Shown here one piece after another: positions 36,201-47,937 of a DNA stretch of 64,000 nucleotides. The stretch spans positions 620,001-684,000 of the forward strand of contig OZ237747.1 in assembly GCA_965178125.1 (NCBI GenBank), in the 5' to 3' direction. Origin of the DNA: Bilabrum cf. latius (Eukaryota). The position numbers were made by a program, and so were the translations under genes. The notes beneath the pieces were generated by a model. That model was not told the origin of the DNA. It did not search any database and worked only from the letters and a program-made list of their open reading frames with translations. Numbering within the stretch: the stretch's first letter is position 1; each line of letters begins with the position of its first letter.

Positions 36201-39200
36201 ATCTTCACCGCCACGAACTGCACCGTGGTAGATGCGCACATGAAGGTGCGGTGCGAGACCACCGAGGGAGCAGGAGCCAACCTGCAGTGGTTCCTGCTGA
36301 TCGGCAACTAGATTTCCGAATCTCCTAGCACGGATTACGCACCCCCGGAGGTCCATGCAGTTACAGGACTCGGTAGCACGGACGCCTCCACCGAGGGGCA
36401 GCAAGCCGTGGTGCTGGCTGGGAGCCACTTCGGGCCCTTGTCGGAATACCTGGACTTTGTCACGTATGGGCCCACGGGGGGGGAGTACACTGCCAGCGGG
36501 TGCGAGGTGCTCAACCACACGGCCATTCGGTGTGAGACTGTGCCGGGGGTGGGTCGGCAGCTTCTGTGGGTAGTGTCCGTGGAAGACCAGCAGTCGCAGT
36601 TGGAGAACAGCCCCGTCACGACGTATGCAGCCCCTAGCGTGCAGGAGGTGATCCTACCTCGGGAGGGCACTTCTACCAGGGGCGGAGGCACGGTGGCAGT
36701 GCGAGTAATGGATGCGGGCTTCGCGGCCCGGGCTGATGTCGCACTTTTCCTCAATCACCGTGGGGCTCCACGGCCAGAGGACCTCAACGTGAGCTGGGCA
36801 GGAATGATGGCCGGACGGCCGCTGGATTCCACAGCTACTGGGTGGCTTTCGCAGCTTGCAGCAGTTCCCGTGACTAACGGTGGGGGCGCTCTGGAGCAGG
36901 ACGGACTGACGGCCCGGTTCGAATTCGAGCTGCCGCCTGGGTACGGCGAGGATCGTGAGTTGCTAGTGCGGGTGGATGCATCCGACGGCGCGGGGGAGGC
37001 CGTTTACTCAGCTCTCGAGGGGCTCCTGACCTATGATCCGCCGTAGCTTTCCCGCGTCTCGCCGGATCGCAACGCCACGATGGGCAATTCATGGTTGCGT
37101 GTGTTTGTGCAGGGAGAAAACTTGTGCAACGGGAAAGACGGCTGCGGGCAGCTGCTGGTCGCAGGCTAGCCCGTGGGATTCAGGGCAGACCTGGATGCCG
37201 TCGGCGACATGCTGTCCCCCCGAATCATGCAGTGGACCGATGACGAGATCGAGTTCGAGATTGTGGATCCTGCGGGCACTGGAGACACCACGGTCCGCGT
37301 GCGTGTGGGAGACCGTTTGTCCGACGAGGCAGTGTTCAACCGCCCCGTGCCTTTCTTTGACGCCCTGCAGGACCAGCCCGAATGGCCCGCTCTGGATCCC
37401 GCTGGAGGAGAGGAGTTCTATCTGGCCAAGGTGCAGGGGCTCGAGGGAACAGATCCGGATCGCATTTCGATGACCATTGGGGGCAGGCAGTGTGCGGACC
37501 TGACGGTCATCACGCCTGACCCAGACAGCCCCGATGCATCGTGTTCTCTGAGCTTCGCTGGGCCCTGTGAGAAGCGGCTCAAGTGCAAGACACCCCCTGG
37601 AGTGGGCAGCCACAACGAAGTCATCATCAACGTAGGCAGCGGGGACACAGTCGAAGCGGCGTCCAGAGGCAATTGGATGGTGCTATCCTATCGCGCCCCG
37701 GCTGTGAACGCGGTCTACGCTGACTTGCCCCCGCTTGACGCCAGTCCCACCTCCACAACGAATCTCGCCTTCCACCAAATGAGCATTCAGCCGGATGCTG
37801 GTGCAGAGGCGTCGGATGGTATGTCTGACTTCGCTGGCATTCCTACGACTGGTGGAGTGATGGAGCTTCGTGGGTCTGGCTTTGGCACGGAAGCCTACGG
37901 TGTCCTTCAGGCCAGCATCCCTGCCCTGAGTATCGAGCTGCAGCCGGCTTCCCAGCGGACCGAGGACGGGGTACTGAGACTGCAGGTGCCTGCAGGGGTA
38001 GGACACGGCCACGTGGTGCAGGTGCTGGTGGGCAGCTCATACACGGACCTGCAGGCCGCCAACAGCTTCACCATTCGATATGCCAGGCCCAGGGTCCGTG
38101 TCGCTAGCCCCTAGCCCGTGGGCACTGCCGGTGGTGAGGTGCTGGTGCTGACAGGCAGGGACTTCGGGTCCAAGTTGGAGGACCTGGACGTGACCAACGT
38201 GACCATCGGGGACAGGCCATGCGAGATCGTGCGGGCTGCAGGTGGCAGCACCGGCACACCGATGGACTAGGAGCTGCGATGCCTGACCCCTGTGCACAGC
38301 GGGCGGCAATTGTACCTCGAGGTGACGGTGGCCGGGCTCTCGAGCGACTCCAGGGAGAGGGGCGTGAGTGCTGCTGATGTCGCGGTGAGCTACCGGCCGC
38401 CCGTGCTTATGGCCGCCGGGCCTTTAAGCGGGCCCACGTCCGGCCAGACACCCGATGGCAGCCCCTACGTTATGGTGCTGCATGGGGCGGATTTCGGCAA
38501 CGGGGAGCAGGGGCGAGTGATCCTTCGACCATCGGAGCTGCAGTCGCTGGGCAGCGCGGCCACGGAGGACGAGCGGCTTCAGCTAGAGTCGCGGCAAGTG
38601 ATCGTGGCCCACGATAGCCCGCTGATCCAGTCTTGGAACCACACGACCATCGTGATGAATATGCCCGAAGGAGGCGGCAGGGACCTGGATGTGGTGGTGG
38701 ATGTGTCGGGGCAGGAGAGCGCCATCGTGGACGGGCTCCAGTTCACGTACGACCCGCCCGTGGTGTACGGGTGGAGGCGCGCCGTGGACCGCAGCCCCGA
38801 GGAATGCATGCCCAGGGAGAGATGCAAGACATTCGAGGGACAGCAGTACTGCAGGACCATCGCGGCGGGATGCTACCCCACGGCTGGTGGGTATTTCATC
38901 GAGATCGAGGGCGAGTCGTTCGGACGATCGGGAGCAGACGTGCAGCTTGGGCCACATGTATGCAGCCCCGTGGATCCCTTCGAGGACCCCCTTAACGCTT
39001 AGAACCACAACCGGATCGTGTGCGAGGTGCCCCAGGGCTTTGGTGACCAGCTGGCTCTGGTGGTGACGGTGGATGGCCGCAGAAGCGACGACCCCGAGGC
39101 TGTGTCCCTGGCGCAGTCCCGCCTTGGTGCCTTGGTAGAGGCCAAGCTGGCGCGGTTGGCGGCCGAAGACCAGGAGCTGCAGAGGCTGGAACAGGAGGCC

Positions 39201-42200
39201 AGGGATGCACTGGTAGGCGGCCGGCGTCTAGGTGCACCCCTTGAGGCCAATGTGGCATCGCTTGTGTTCGCTGGTCTGGAGATCAAGCCGAGCGCGCAGC
39301 TGGCGCTAGCACGAGTCGGACATCTCACTTCGTCACCGGGCAGGACGAACAGCCGGCGGCTCGAGGTGGCCGGTCTTCCTTTGACAGTGCAGGAGGCCAT
39401 GGATGCGGCCTACGTGTTTCAATATGACCCGCCTTTCGTGGAGGCAGTCGTGTCCAATACTCCCGATGCGAGAGGAGAGGAGGTGCAGATACGAGGCCTG
39501 AACTTTGGGTGGGTCAATAACCCCGTGGAAATTTCGGTCGGGGGCAAAGAGTGCCTGGACGCCGCGTGGCAGAACGACGGTCTGCTGCGGTGCACCAAGC
39601 AACAAGACGTGGTGGGGCCCAAGAACGTGAGTGTCCTGGCCGCCAACCGAACAGAGCCATTTGTGTTCGAGGCATGGGAGGAGCTGCTGGTGAGCGAGTG
39701 CCAGAGGGGCGTGTACGAGGGCATCCGTGGGGAGCTGTGCCTCCACTGCGAGGACGAGCACCCGGGCGCCAACTGCACCAACTCGCATTTGCAGGTATTT
39801 GACCCCATCGTGTCTCTCCCTGGCTGGTGGCGCTTCAACCGCAGCCTGGATGACCCCGAGTGCCACCCGCTCCGCACTACCCCTGTGCGTGCCGTCAACG
39901 CCTCAAGGGGTACCGGCGGTTGCCCCGTGTACAAGCCCTGCGAGCCGGTGGAAGCATGCGTGGGCGAGAACCTGTGCGCCTACGGGTACGAAGGAGACCG
40001 CTGCTCGCAGTGCCTGTACGGAGAATTCCATCGGGTCAACGGCTAGTGCGTCAAGTGTCCCGACCGTCCGTGGCTGCAGTATGTGCTCATCGGAGTGGGT
40101 GCAATGTGCGCTGCTGCCTTTGGGTACCTGCTTCGGTCCAAGGGCATCATCGATGTGAGCATTTTGGCCATTGTGGGGATCGACTATCTCTAGGTGCTGG
40201 CCATCTTTGCTTCCACGCGGGTCGAGTGGCCCGAGCTTCTGACCCAGGTGCTGGCGGTGCTGTCCGCCTTCAACCTCAATATCAACGTACTGTTCGTGCC
40301 TGAGTGTATCGCTCCTGACATCGGCTTCGAGGTGAAGTTCATCGTTACGCTGGCAATGCCCATCCTCGTGGGGGTCGTCTTCATGACCGTGGTACTTGCG
40401 CGGTACTTGTACAAGCTGCTGTGCACGAACTACAAGGCCAAGCCCAAGGGATACCTGTGCTCGGACTCCAATGCCACCATCAGCGCCTTCATCGTGCTGG
40501 CCCGGTTCGCCTACCTCTTCGTGACCATGATGGCGCTCACACCGGCCGCCTGCCTGCAGACCACGCCCCCCGACGGGAGGACGTACATGGACGGCATGGT
40601 GGACCACCCGTGCTGGGAGGCTGGTAGCCTGCAGGTGAAGCTGTTCCCCGTGGGACTGATCGCGTTCGGCATCTTCAGCGTGGGTCTTCCTGCGTGGGTG
40701 TACTACTTCCTGCGCCGCAACGCAGACCAGGTCAAGGAGGATCAGATCTTGAGGGCAGCGGGCGCAGGCAACGACCCGGCGACCAACAACAACCTGGCCT
40801 TCCGCGAGCGCTACTACCAGCTGTACTTTATGATGAAGCCGGGCAAGATCACGTGGCAGCTGGTCATCACGGCCCGCAAGTTCTTTATCGCCTTCGTGTC
40901 TCTGGTGGTGCGCACCTCACCCTCGTACCAGCTGGCCCTGGTGCTACTCGTGCTGTTCGCGGCCTACGTGCTGCACCTCAACCACATGCCGTACATGACC
41001 AGGGCTAATAAGCCTGACGTGGTCAAGGAACACTTGAACAAGGTGCGTGGTGGTGATAAGGCGCACGTCAAGATCCAGGGCAAGATCGACCTAATCGCCA
41101 AGCGCCGGGAGAAGGACAACACCGCCAAGCGGACCTCAGGCACCGGGTACATGGTGGCCCAGGAACAAGCCAGGCGGGAGCGTGCAGCGAACGAGTTCCT
41201 AGCTAGCAACCAGGTGCTCACCACCATCGTGGACTACAACACGGTGGAGGCGGTGCTGCTGGGCAGCGGCGTGCTCGTGTGCCTGAGCGGGCTCATCTTC
41301 GCGTCGGAGCGGTTTGCATCTCCGCAGCTGAGGGAGGTGTACAAGGCCGAGTACGACTCTCTGGCCTTTGCAGTTCTGGCCATCATCTTCCTGTCGCTGA
41401 CCTACTTCATGACCTGCGTGATGCTTGACCTCATGATCTCACTGGCGCCCGATGCAACCCGCCAGTGCCTCAGCGTGTGCATCTCGGACAAGAAGAAGGC
41501 CATCGCTACTGCCAAGGCATCCAAGATCCGGGCACATGATGCAACGGATCCAGAGGGCGGCATGACAGACTCGGAGAAGCTGCTGTAGGCCAGCAAGTCC
41601 AAGCTGAGCAGACGAAACATTGCAAACCCACTCATGCTGCAAAGTGGCCCCCGAGAGGGCGAGACCAAGGCCGAGGCGGCGGCGAGGGCCGCCCGCTCCC
41701 TGGGCTAGGGGGCCATCCAGGACCTGCTGGAGGCGACTTCTCCCCCGAGCAACGAGGGCTGGCCCGCGGTCAGGTCCTACATGCAGAGCCTGATCGTGGC
41801 CAACGAGGAGATGAGCAAGGAAAAGCACGATATGGAACGCAAGCAAGAGCGCGCGTTGGCCCTCCAGGGCTCCAGCGGGGCTTTCATGAATGCACTGCAC
41901 TCCTTCAAGGCCGCCGGAGCTCGATCCCGCGGCGGGTCACTGATGGTATCATCAGCTGGTGGTGCATCACTCCTTAACCCGATGGGGTCTGTTCGTGGAA
42001 AAGGATCTGCTGTTGCCTCCAAGAAGACGTTTGGGGCTCTAAAGGTGGGCGGACGGTTGTCCGTGGAAGGGAGCCAGATGGCAGGTGGTGAACGGGGTGC
42101 CGGTGGCCCTGCGGCTGGGAAGGGATCTTAGGCGAGCAGTCGCAGACTACTGAAGAGGAAGAGCAGCCGACGCCTGACGTCCTTCGGGGAGGGACTCCGA

Positions 42201-42284
42201 GCCAAGGCGGGCGGCAGCGCTGAGCCTGTGTCGGATGGAACTTCGGTGGGTGGCGCCGGGAAGGCGTTCGAGCAGGATGCCTGA
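27256..42284 (+). CDS. Giant (~4,800 aa) cell-surface protein: signal peptide, DCGG Cys motif, TSP-C/lectin-like and sushi-like domains, multiple cadherin repeats, multiple IPT/TIG repeats, Cys-rich region, multi-TM C-terminus
   Basis: Exons 27256-27304, 27439-27480, 27802-29110 and 29246-42284 (GT-AG introns). Splicing gives SCTNNRKDTSEYGVDCGGSC. Cadherin motifs LDFE, DxNExP and ATDPD; IPT motifs 'GxNFGP' and 'YxPP'. All main plus-strand ORFs from 27762 to 42131 share one frame, joined by 26 TAG; ends TGA 42282-42284. Confidence 0.88.
33984..34075 (+). repeat. Coding minisatellite, ~4.5 x 21 bp (DSGDQEQ), inside the cadherin region
   Basis: GACAGYGGAGAYCAASAGCAG units in frame. Confidence 0.85.
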
Positions 42285-42958
42285 TCAACGGCGTGCGCAA
42301 GTGCCCGAAAGTGGGTGTGGGAGATGTTTTTGAGTGAAACTTTTTGTGGTGACCTTATGGTCATTTGACTACTGAGCCGTTGGATACATGTGCGGCCAGT
42401 GATTTGCTTTGCGAGGCAGGGGAGCTGGGCATTGAGCCAACCCAAAGGACTACATTCGACAGCAGTCTGTCAGCCTACCGAGGCCCAACTGCTGTTGTTG
42501 TCCTATCTGGCGTTTGCTCCCCTCCAAGTTGTAGAAAACTTTTTGCTGCTTAGTTTCGTAGTAGGGTCGTGGCGCCTCGGACCACGGCGCACACCTGCAC
42601 ATTTACTAGCATGATAAGCGGGTCGTCTCGCCGCCTCCACCTGTAGCACCATCACAGCCGCCGTGTTGTCCGGCTAAAGCGGCACGCTCTTCGCGCCCAT
42701 ACCACTCGTTGGTCCATTCAGGTTCCATGGAGGCCTTTCTGGGGGAAAGGTTTTTGTCCCACAATTTCACTTGCGGTCGTGTCTGTGCACAGCTCGCGGT
42801 GCCGAGAGTCCACTAGATTACTAGTTATTCCCGGCAGCTGTGCATTGTGCAGCGGCAGGTCAGGAGTGGCTTTCTGGTGCGGCATAAGGAGTGGGGGCGG
42901 CCCATCTCCGGTCGCGACCATCGGAGGATCGGGAGCCGAGAACAACAGGGTTGCATCA

Positions 42959-43475
42959 CGAGCGGCAGCTGCAGACACGAGGTACCAAGCAAACACGGCC
43001 AAGGGGATGGCGGCGGCTGCCGCTCGCAGGCGGGCGCCGGCCAGCAAGCTCAAGCCGGAGAGTGCCGTCGCCCCCATTGCTAAAGAGGTAGAGCAAGAAG
43101 ACGACCTGGAGGAAGTGGAGTGCGACGAGGAGCTCGAGGAGCTGGCGGCACTGGGTGGGGGCGATGCCGAGCACGAAGGGGGGTCTGGGCGAGATGGGCT
43201 CGAGGTAGCCAGGCCGATGCTGCCGCTGGACGATGAAGAGGAGGGGGGCGATGATGAGGACCAGCAGTGCAATGGTGATGCTGATGGTGGTGATGGTACG
43301 TTTGGCGGAAGGCCGAGTCGGTTGCGAGTCAGAGACGTGAATGCCGGTGCCCACGGTAGCGCGGGACGAAAGGGGGGTGATTCCAGCGGGCAGGCCGCTG
43401 TCGTCGCGGAGGAGGCCACAGCCGTGCTCGGTGACGACGATGGACCCGGAGAGTGCCAGCAGCAGTAAGAGTTGA
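42959..43475 (+). pseudogene. Duplicated 3' tail of the kinesin gene
   Basis: Near-identical direct copy of 25939-26458, including GECQQQ-TAA; no motor-domain sequence upstream. Confidence 0.85.
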
Positions 43476-43635
43476 CGTGCATATATTTCTGATAATTGGA
43501 GGTTAAACTCGTAGGGTCTCGACCCACCGCTCAGATGTTTATCCACCCCCCACCCACTGGCAGTGTTGCAACCGCCAGCATCCGGATCGAATCACCCGGA
43601 TCAGAGTTTTCCACACTACAATAGGCGCAAGTCCA

Positions 43636-46317
43636 ATGCAGGATCAACGCAGGGAGATGTTGAATAATGAACCAAGGGAAGATGGGCAGGAGCTGGGCGG
43701 CAATCATCGGCAGAGTTGCCGTGGATGCTCGCCACCGGTAGCGATTGGCATTTCCGTGCTGATTGGAGCCGTTCTGGTCTCGCTGGCCATTACTCTCCCT
43801 ATTGAATTCAGATACCGCGCAGAATCCAAGGCTGCAAGTGGCCTGACAGTTGTAAATCCGGCAACAGGGAGCCTGGATGTTGCGGGACACGTCTAGATCC
43901 AGTTCAATGCCACTGCGAACTACTTGGCGAATGGTGCGTCGTTCGCATGGACATTTTCGGATACAACGACAAAATTTTACGGAAATTCTGTTAATCGAAT
44001 CTTCTCGAATGCGACCGTCTTCCCCGTGAGCGCCTAGGTGACAGTGACAAGCCCTGGGCACCGGAGGGTGCGAGCGAACGGGCAAGTCAAGGGGTACTAC
44101 AGGCTCAACAACCGCACGAGGTAGCATTCGTACAATACAATTTTCGGTTGCACAGCCAACACGGTCTCTTTTGTGCACGGAGCGGCGCATTCCGGACTCG
44201 TGGCGAGCGACATGGTATCAGCAGTGTCGCTGGACGCGGCTGGCAACGCTGACCCATCACAGCTCAGCGGGCAGCCGGGCATCCAGGCTACTACACCCGC
44301 TAGCGACTGCGTTGCCATTCTGCGACGCGTACTAAACGTGACCACCCGCTCCATCGACCCTTCGAACCCGGCTCAGATGGCCGCCGTCGGAGCATCGGAC
44401 TGGTACCCCGCGGCCCGAAAGGCTGTGCAGGGAGGAGCATCCTCAGTCCAGATCACATACGTGCATTGCATTCCAGTGCAGTGGTACGAGGCGATAGATG
44501 AGGTGTCGTTCACCAGCAACGATACGCTTGGGGCTGTCGCGCCCGCGCAGCCCCCCCCAATACCTCCCGGTGAGGCCAACGCGACTACCGCAGACGCTGC
44601 AGCGGATAGCACTGGCAATCTGGATGGTACCAGCCTGCGCAGCGGGCAGATGCCCTCCACCAACTCGCAACACTCAGGACAACTCAGTAGTACCTCATCT
44701 ACGTAGCTCACTTTGACGCTATCAATTCCATTCGAGCTAACGTATGGTCCAGCAACGGTCACCATCAACCCCGAAGTCTCGTTCTCGCCCACTATGCAGC
44801 TGCAGTTCGAGAAGAAAGCCTGGTCCGTTCTGCCTACGCTAATGGATGCCCGGCTTGTCGGCTCCGTAGCTGCGGGGTTTGACGTCAGGGGCACGCTGGG
44901 AGCCGGCCAGGACGTGCAGTTTACCAAAACGCTCTGGTCCCACCAATTTTCGTGCGGTCCCGCCGGCACACCATGCGTAATTTACGTCGGTGTTCCCATT
45001 ATCTACGCGCCTAGTATCAACGTGGACATGAAGTTCGGCATGCAGAGGTCAGTGGAGGTGGACTTTGAGGCGGGGTACCGCCTGAAAAACGAAGGGAGCA
45101 CTATGGGGGTGAGGTACACGCCCGAGGAAGGGCTGCAGACCATCGTGAGCGCAGGCGCAATGACGAGCACGGTGCAGCCACCGACATTTCAGACCAAGTG
45201 CAGCGCCAGTGTTAGCATTGGTATCGAGGCCACGTTCGACGTGGAGCTGTACGAAACTGCAAATGTGGGAGTGACCGCGGGGTACGAACTCGAGACGGTG
45301 CAACAGATCCCCGCCCCTGCAGAGTGGAAAGGACAGCCCACCGAGTGCACTTGCACGCGCACGTCGGCGGGCTCGGATGCCATCAACGGGCTCTCAGGGC
45401 AGGGAGACATCAAGCTATCCGCAGGAATCTGGTGGCTTCCAATCGGCCCAAAGGTAGTACCTGTGGCCGAGACAAGCCCAGCCACTAGGATACGGTGCGA
45501 GCACCTTGATTTTGAGGTGAGTGGGTGCCCCGCCGCCCCATAGTATCGCATGTCCGGGTCTCTGACGGATGCTGCCAATGCAAACCCCATCGAGGGCGCA
45601 ACGGTGCGCCTGGTGGACTTGGATCGTACCGCTACCACTACCTCGCAAGGCGTCTTCACCTTCGAGTCGGTACCCCAGGGCGTGTACACGCTGGATGCAG
45701 AGGCATCGGGGTACTCAGAGACGCAACACAGCGTGTGCTTCAACAGAGACACGTCTCCGGGCGGCAACGCAGACTTCACACTTACGAGATCTCTAGATGG
45801 TGACACCAGGCAGTTCGTGCTCACCTGGGGTCTGGCACCTCGAGACCTGGACATCCACGGTTTCTCCTCCTCCTGCCACGTGTACTTCGCGAGAAAAGAC
45901 TGCTCGAGCGCTGGGGGCTGGAACATGGACCTGGATAGAGACGACACCACCAGCTACGGGCCCGAGACGCTGACCATTGCGGGGATGGACAGCGAAGGCT
46001 GCGGGAGCGACTGCAGCGTGGATGTGCGCATCTTCGATTACTCAGGCGAGGTGCCCAGTACCTTCCGCGTGGCCCGCGCCCTCGTCAAGTACTTTGACGA
46101 GGACGGACTTGAACAGAGGATGCAGCCTGACCTGGAGTTAATGCCGGATGGCTGCCGCTGGTGGACCGTCGGGGTGCTCTCAATTAGCCGAGGCACCTTC
46201 ACGGCCGCCTCGGCCGAGCAGCAATGGGAGTACTGCGGGGAAGCAGGCGATGATGATGATCGACAGCTGTTTGATGATGATCAGCCACCGACTGATGATG
46301 ACCAGCAGCTATCATGA
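43636..46317 (+). CDS. Type II membrane protein with PKD-like, carboxypeptidase-regulatory-like and YfaP/DUF2135-like domains (~893 aa)
   Basis: N-terminal TM (VAIGISVLIGAVLVSLAITLP); 'FAWTFSD'; 'GSLTDAANANPIEGATVRL...GVYTLDAEASGY'; 'VLTWG..PRDLDIH...DLDRDDTTSYGPETLTI'. One frame through TAG at 43894, 44035, 44122, 44704 and 45541; ends TGA. Confidence 0.75.
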
Positions 46318-46702
46318 TATTTATGCAGCCGCGGTGCCGAGAGTCTAAATCACGGCAGCTGCGTCATGCAGCGGCAAGTCTGACGGAGCCTGATTCTTGA
46401 GGTGCTAAGAGGAGTGGTATTCTGGTGCGGCATGAGGAGTGGGGGTGGTCCAGCTCCGGTCGTAACCATCGGAGAATCGGGATCCGAGAACAACCGGGTT
46501 TGCATCATGATTGCGGCGACTCCAAGGAGCCTCGTCAGGTGGCTTGCAGTCAGTCTGGAAGGGGTGCGTGAGAGCTGGCGGCGGGTCAGCACTGCGAGGA
46601 AGGACGATGTCGCCATCCATGGGATGAGACACGCTTTCGGATGATTGTTTGGAGAGGCACAAACGAATAGAATCAGATTTAGCATGTTTCAACATAGCGC
46701 CA

Positions 46703-47760
46703 TCACAGCCCCGTCGTGCCTCCCATGGCGGCAGCATGCTCCTCGTCTTCCTCCTGCAGCAGCACGCAGCCCTCTCCTGTAACACCCGCCGGCTCCACGA
46801 TCATCCTACACGCCCGCTGGGCGCATCCCGGATGCTGTAGCAGCCGCAGCATACGCATGGGGCCGTCTGGCCTGCCGAGCGGGCCAGCCTGCGTGGGCAT
46901 CCCGGGACTGGGGACGGCCACAGGCCCCTACACGATGACCTGTCCACTGGGTTCGGCACCCCCTGTAGCTGCTGCTGCTGTTGCTGCTGCTGCCGTATCC
47001 TTAGTTCTTGGAGTGAGGCAGCCCTCATCTGCCTCTTTCAGCCAAGGCAGTCCCCCACAGGGACCAAGGCAGGGGTCGTCCACCAGCCAGGGAGCTGGGC
47101 ATACCGAGTCCGAGTGCTCTGGAGCTGCGCCTGCGCTTGCGCTTGCGCTTGCGCCTGTGCTCGCCAATAGTTCCGTTGAGCTGGAAGTGGCAGATGACGT
47201 TGTTGTCTCCGCTCCACTTCTATCCTTGGCACTGTCCCCCTGCTCGTTCTGGTCCTTGTCCTATTGATTGTCCTATGGTTTGGCATCAGCAGCTCCACCC
47301 GCAGGTAGCACCCCCAGCACCTCCACCATCGCACCGCTTGGGTGCCAGAGAACACCCACGCCATCGAGTGCCTCTGCCTCCGCAGCCGCCACCTGTTGTA
47401 GCTTAGAGGCGATGGCCAGCGCGGCCGCATCCGCCCCGCCTGTGGAGTCAGCCAGCGTGAGGAGCAGCCTGACGGTGGGGCTGCAGCACCAGGCCAGGCC
47501 AAGGGCGGCCTTGCTCAGCGCCGCGGAACCTCCCGGCGCTGCGCTCCCCGCGACCTCCTTTGCGACCACCGCGGTGGCCTGGTTGGTGACGAGGACGGGC
47601 AGGTTGTGCTCGGCGGCCAGCGCGAGGAGCTCCCTGGACAGGAGGGCCAGGGCGTTGGCGCGGCGCCAGGCGGGGGCCGTGGTCGTATCTCCTCGCGTCA
47701 GGGACGCGACGCTGTACACGTATAGAAATATCTAGGCCATTTGAACCATGAGGCCCAGGC
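46703..47760 (-). pseudogene. C-terminal half of a RAD51 paralogue (RAD51B/XRCC3-like), apparently 5'-truncated
   Basis: 'LAAEHNLPVLVTNQ', 'KAALGLAW...TVRLLL' and 'RMLRLLQHPG...IVEPAGV' in one frame across three TAG; ends TGA 46703. The Walker B position reads VYSVA instead of VDSVA, and no Walker A is visible before a TGA at ~47920. Confidence 0.6.
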
Positions 47761-47937
47761 GGCGGGTGCGGGCCCCGGCGGACCGACACAGCCCTGCGCT
47801 GTGGGTGAAGCACCATGTCGCTGCGCGGCCATGGGCTGTCACGCGGGCCATGCCGTACTGTCCTTGCCCTTTTGCGTCCTTCAGACACCGCACTCGTTTA
47901 TTGGGGGGACATTGTAAAATTCATCCTGTCCACTTCT

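Noticed and set aside
21990-42131. TAGs being acceptor sites of tiny in-frame introns
   Set aside because: Sequence on both sides reads as protein with motifs adjacent to the TAG, and there are no consistent GT donors. The real introns here are 88-321 nt with clear GTRAG-like/YAG ends.
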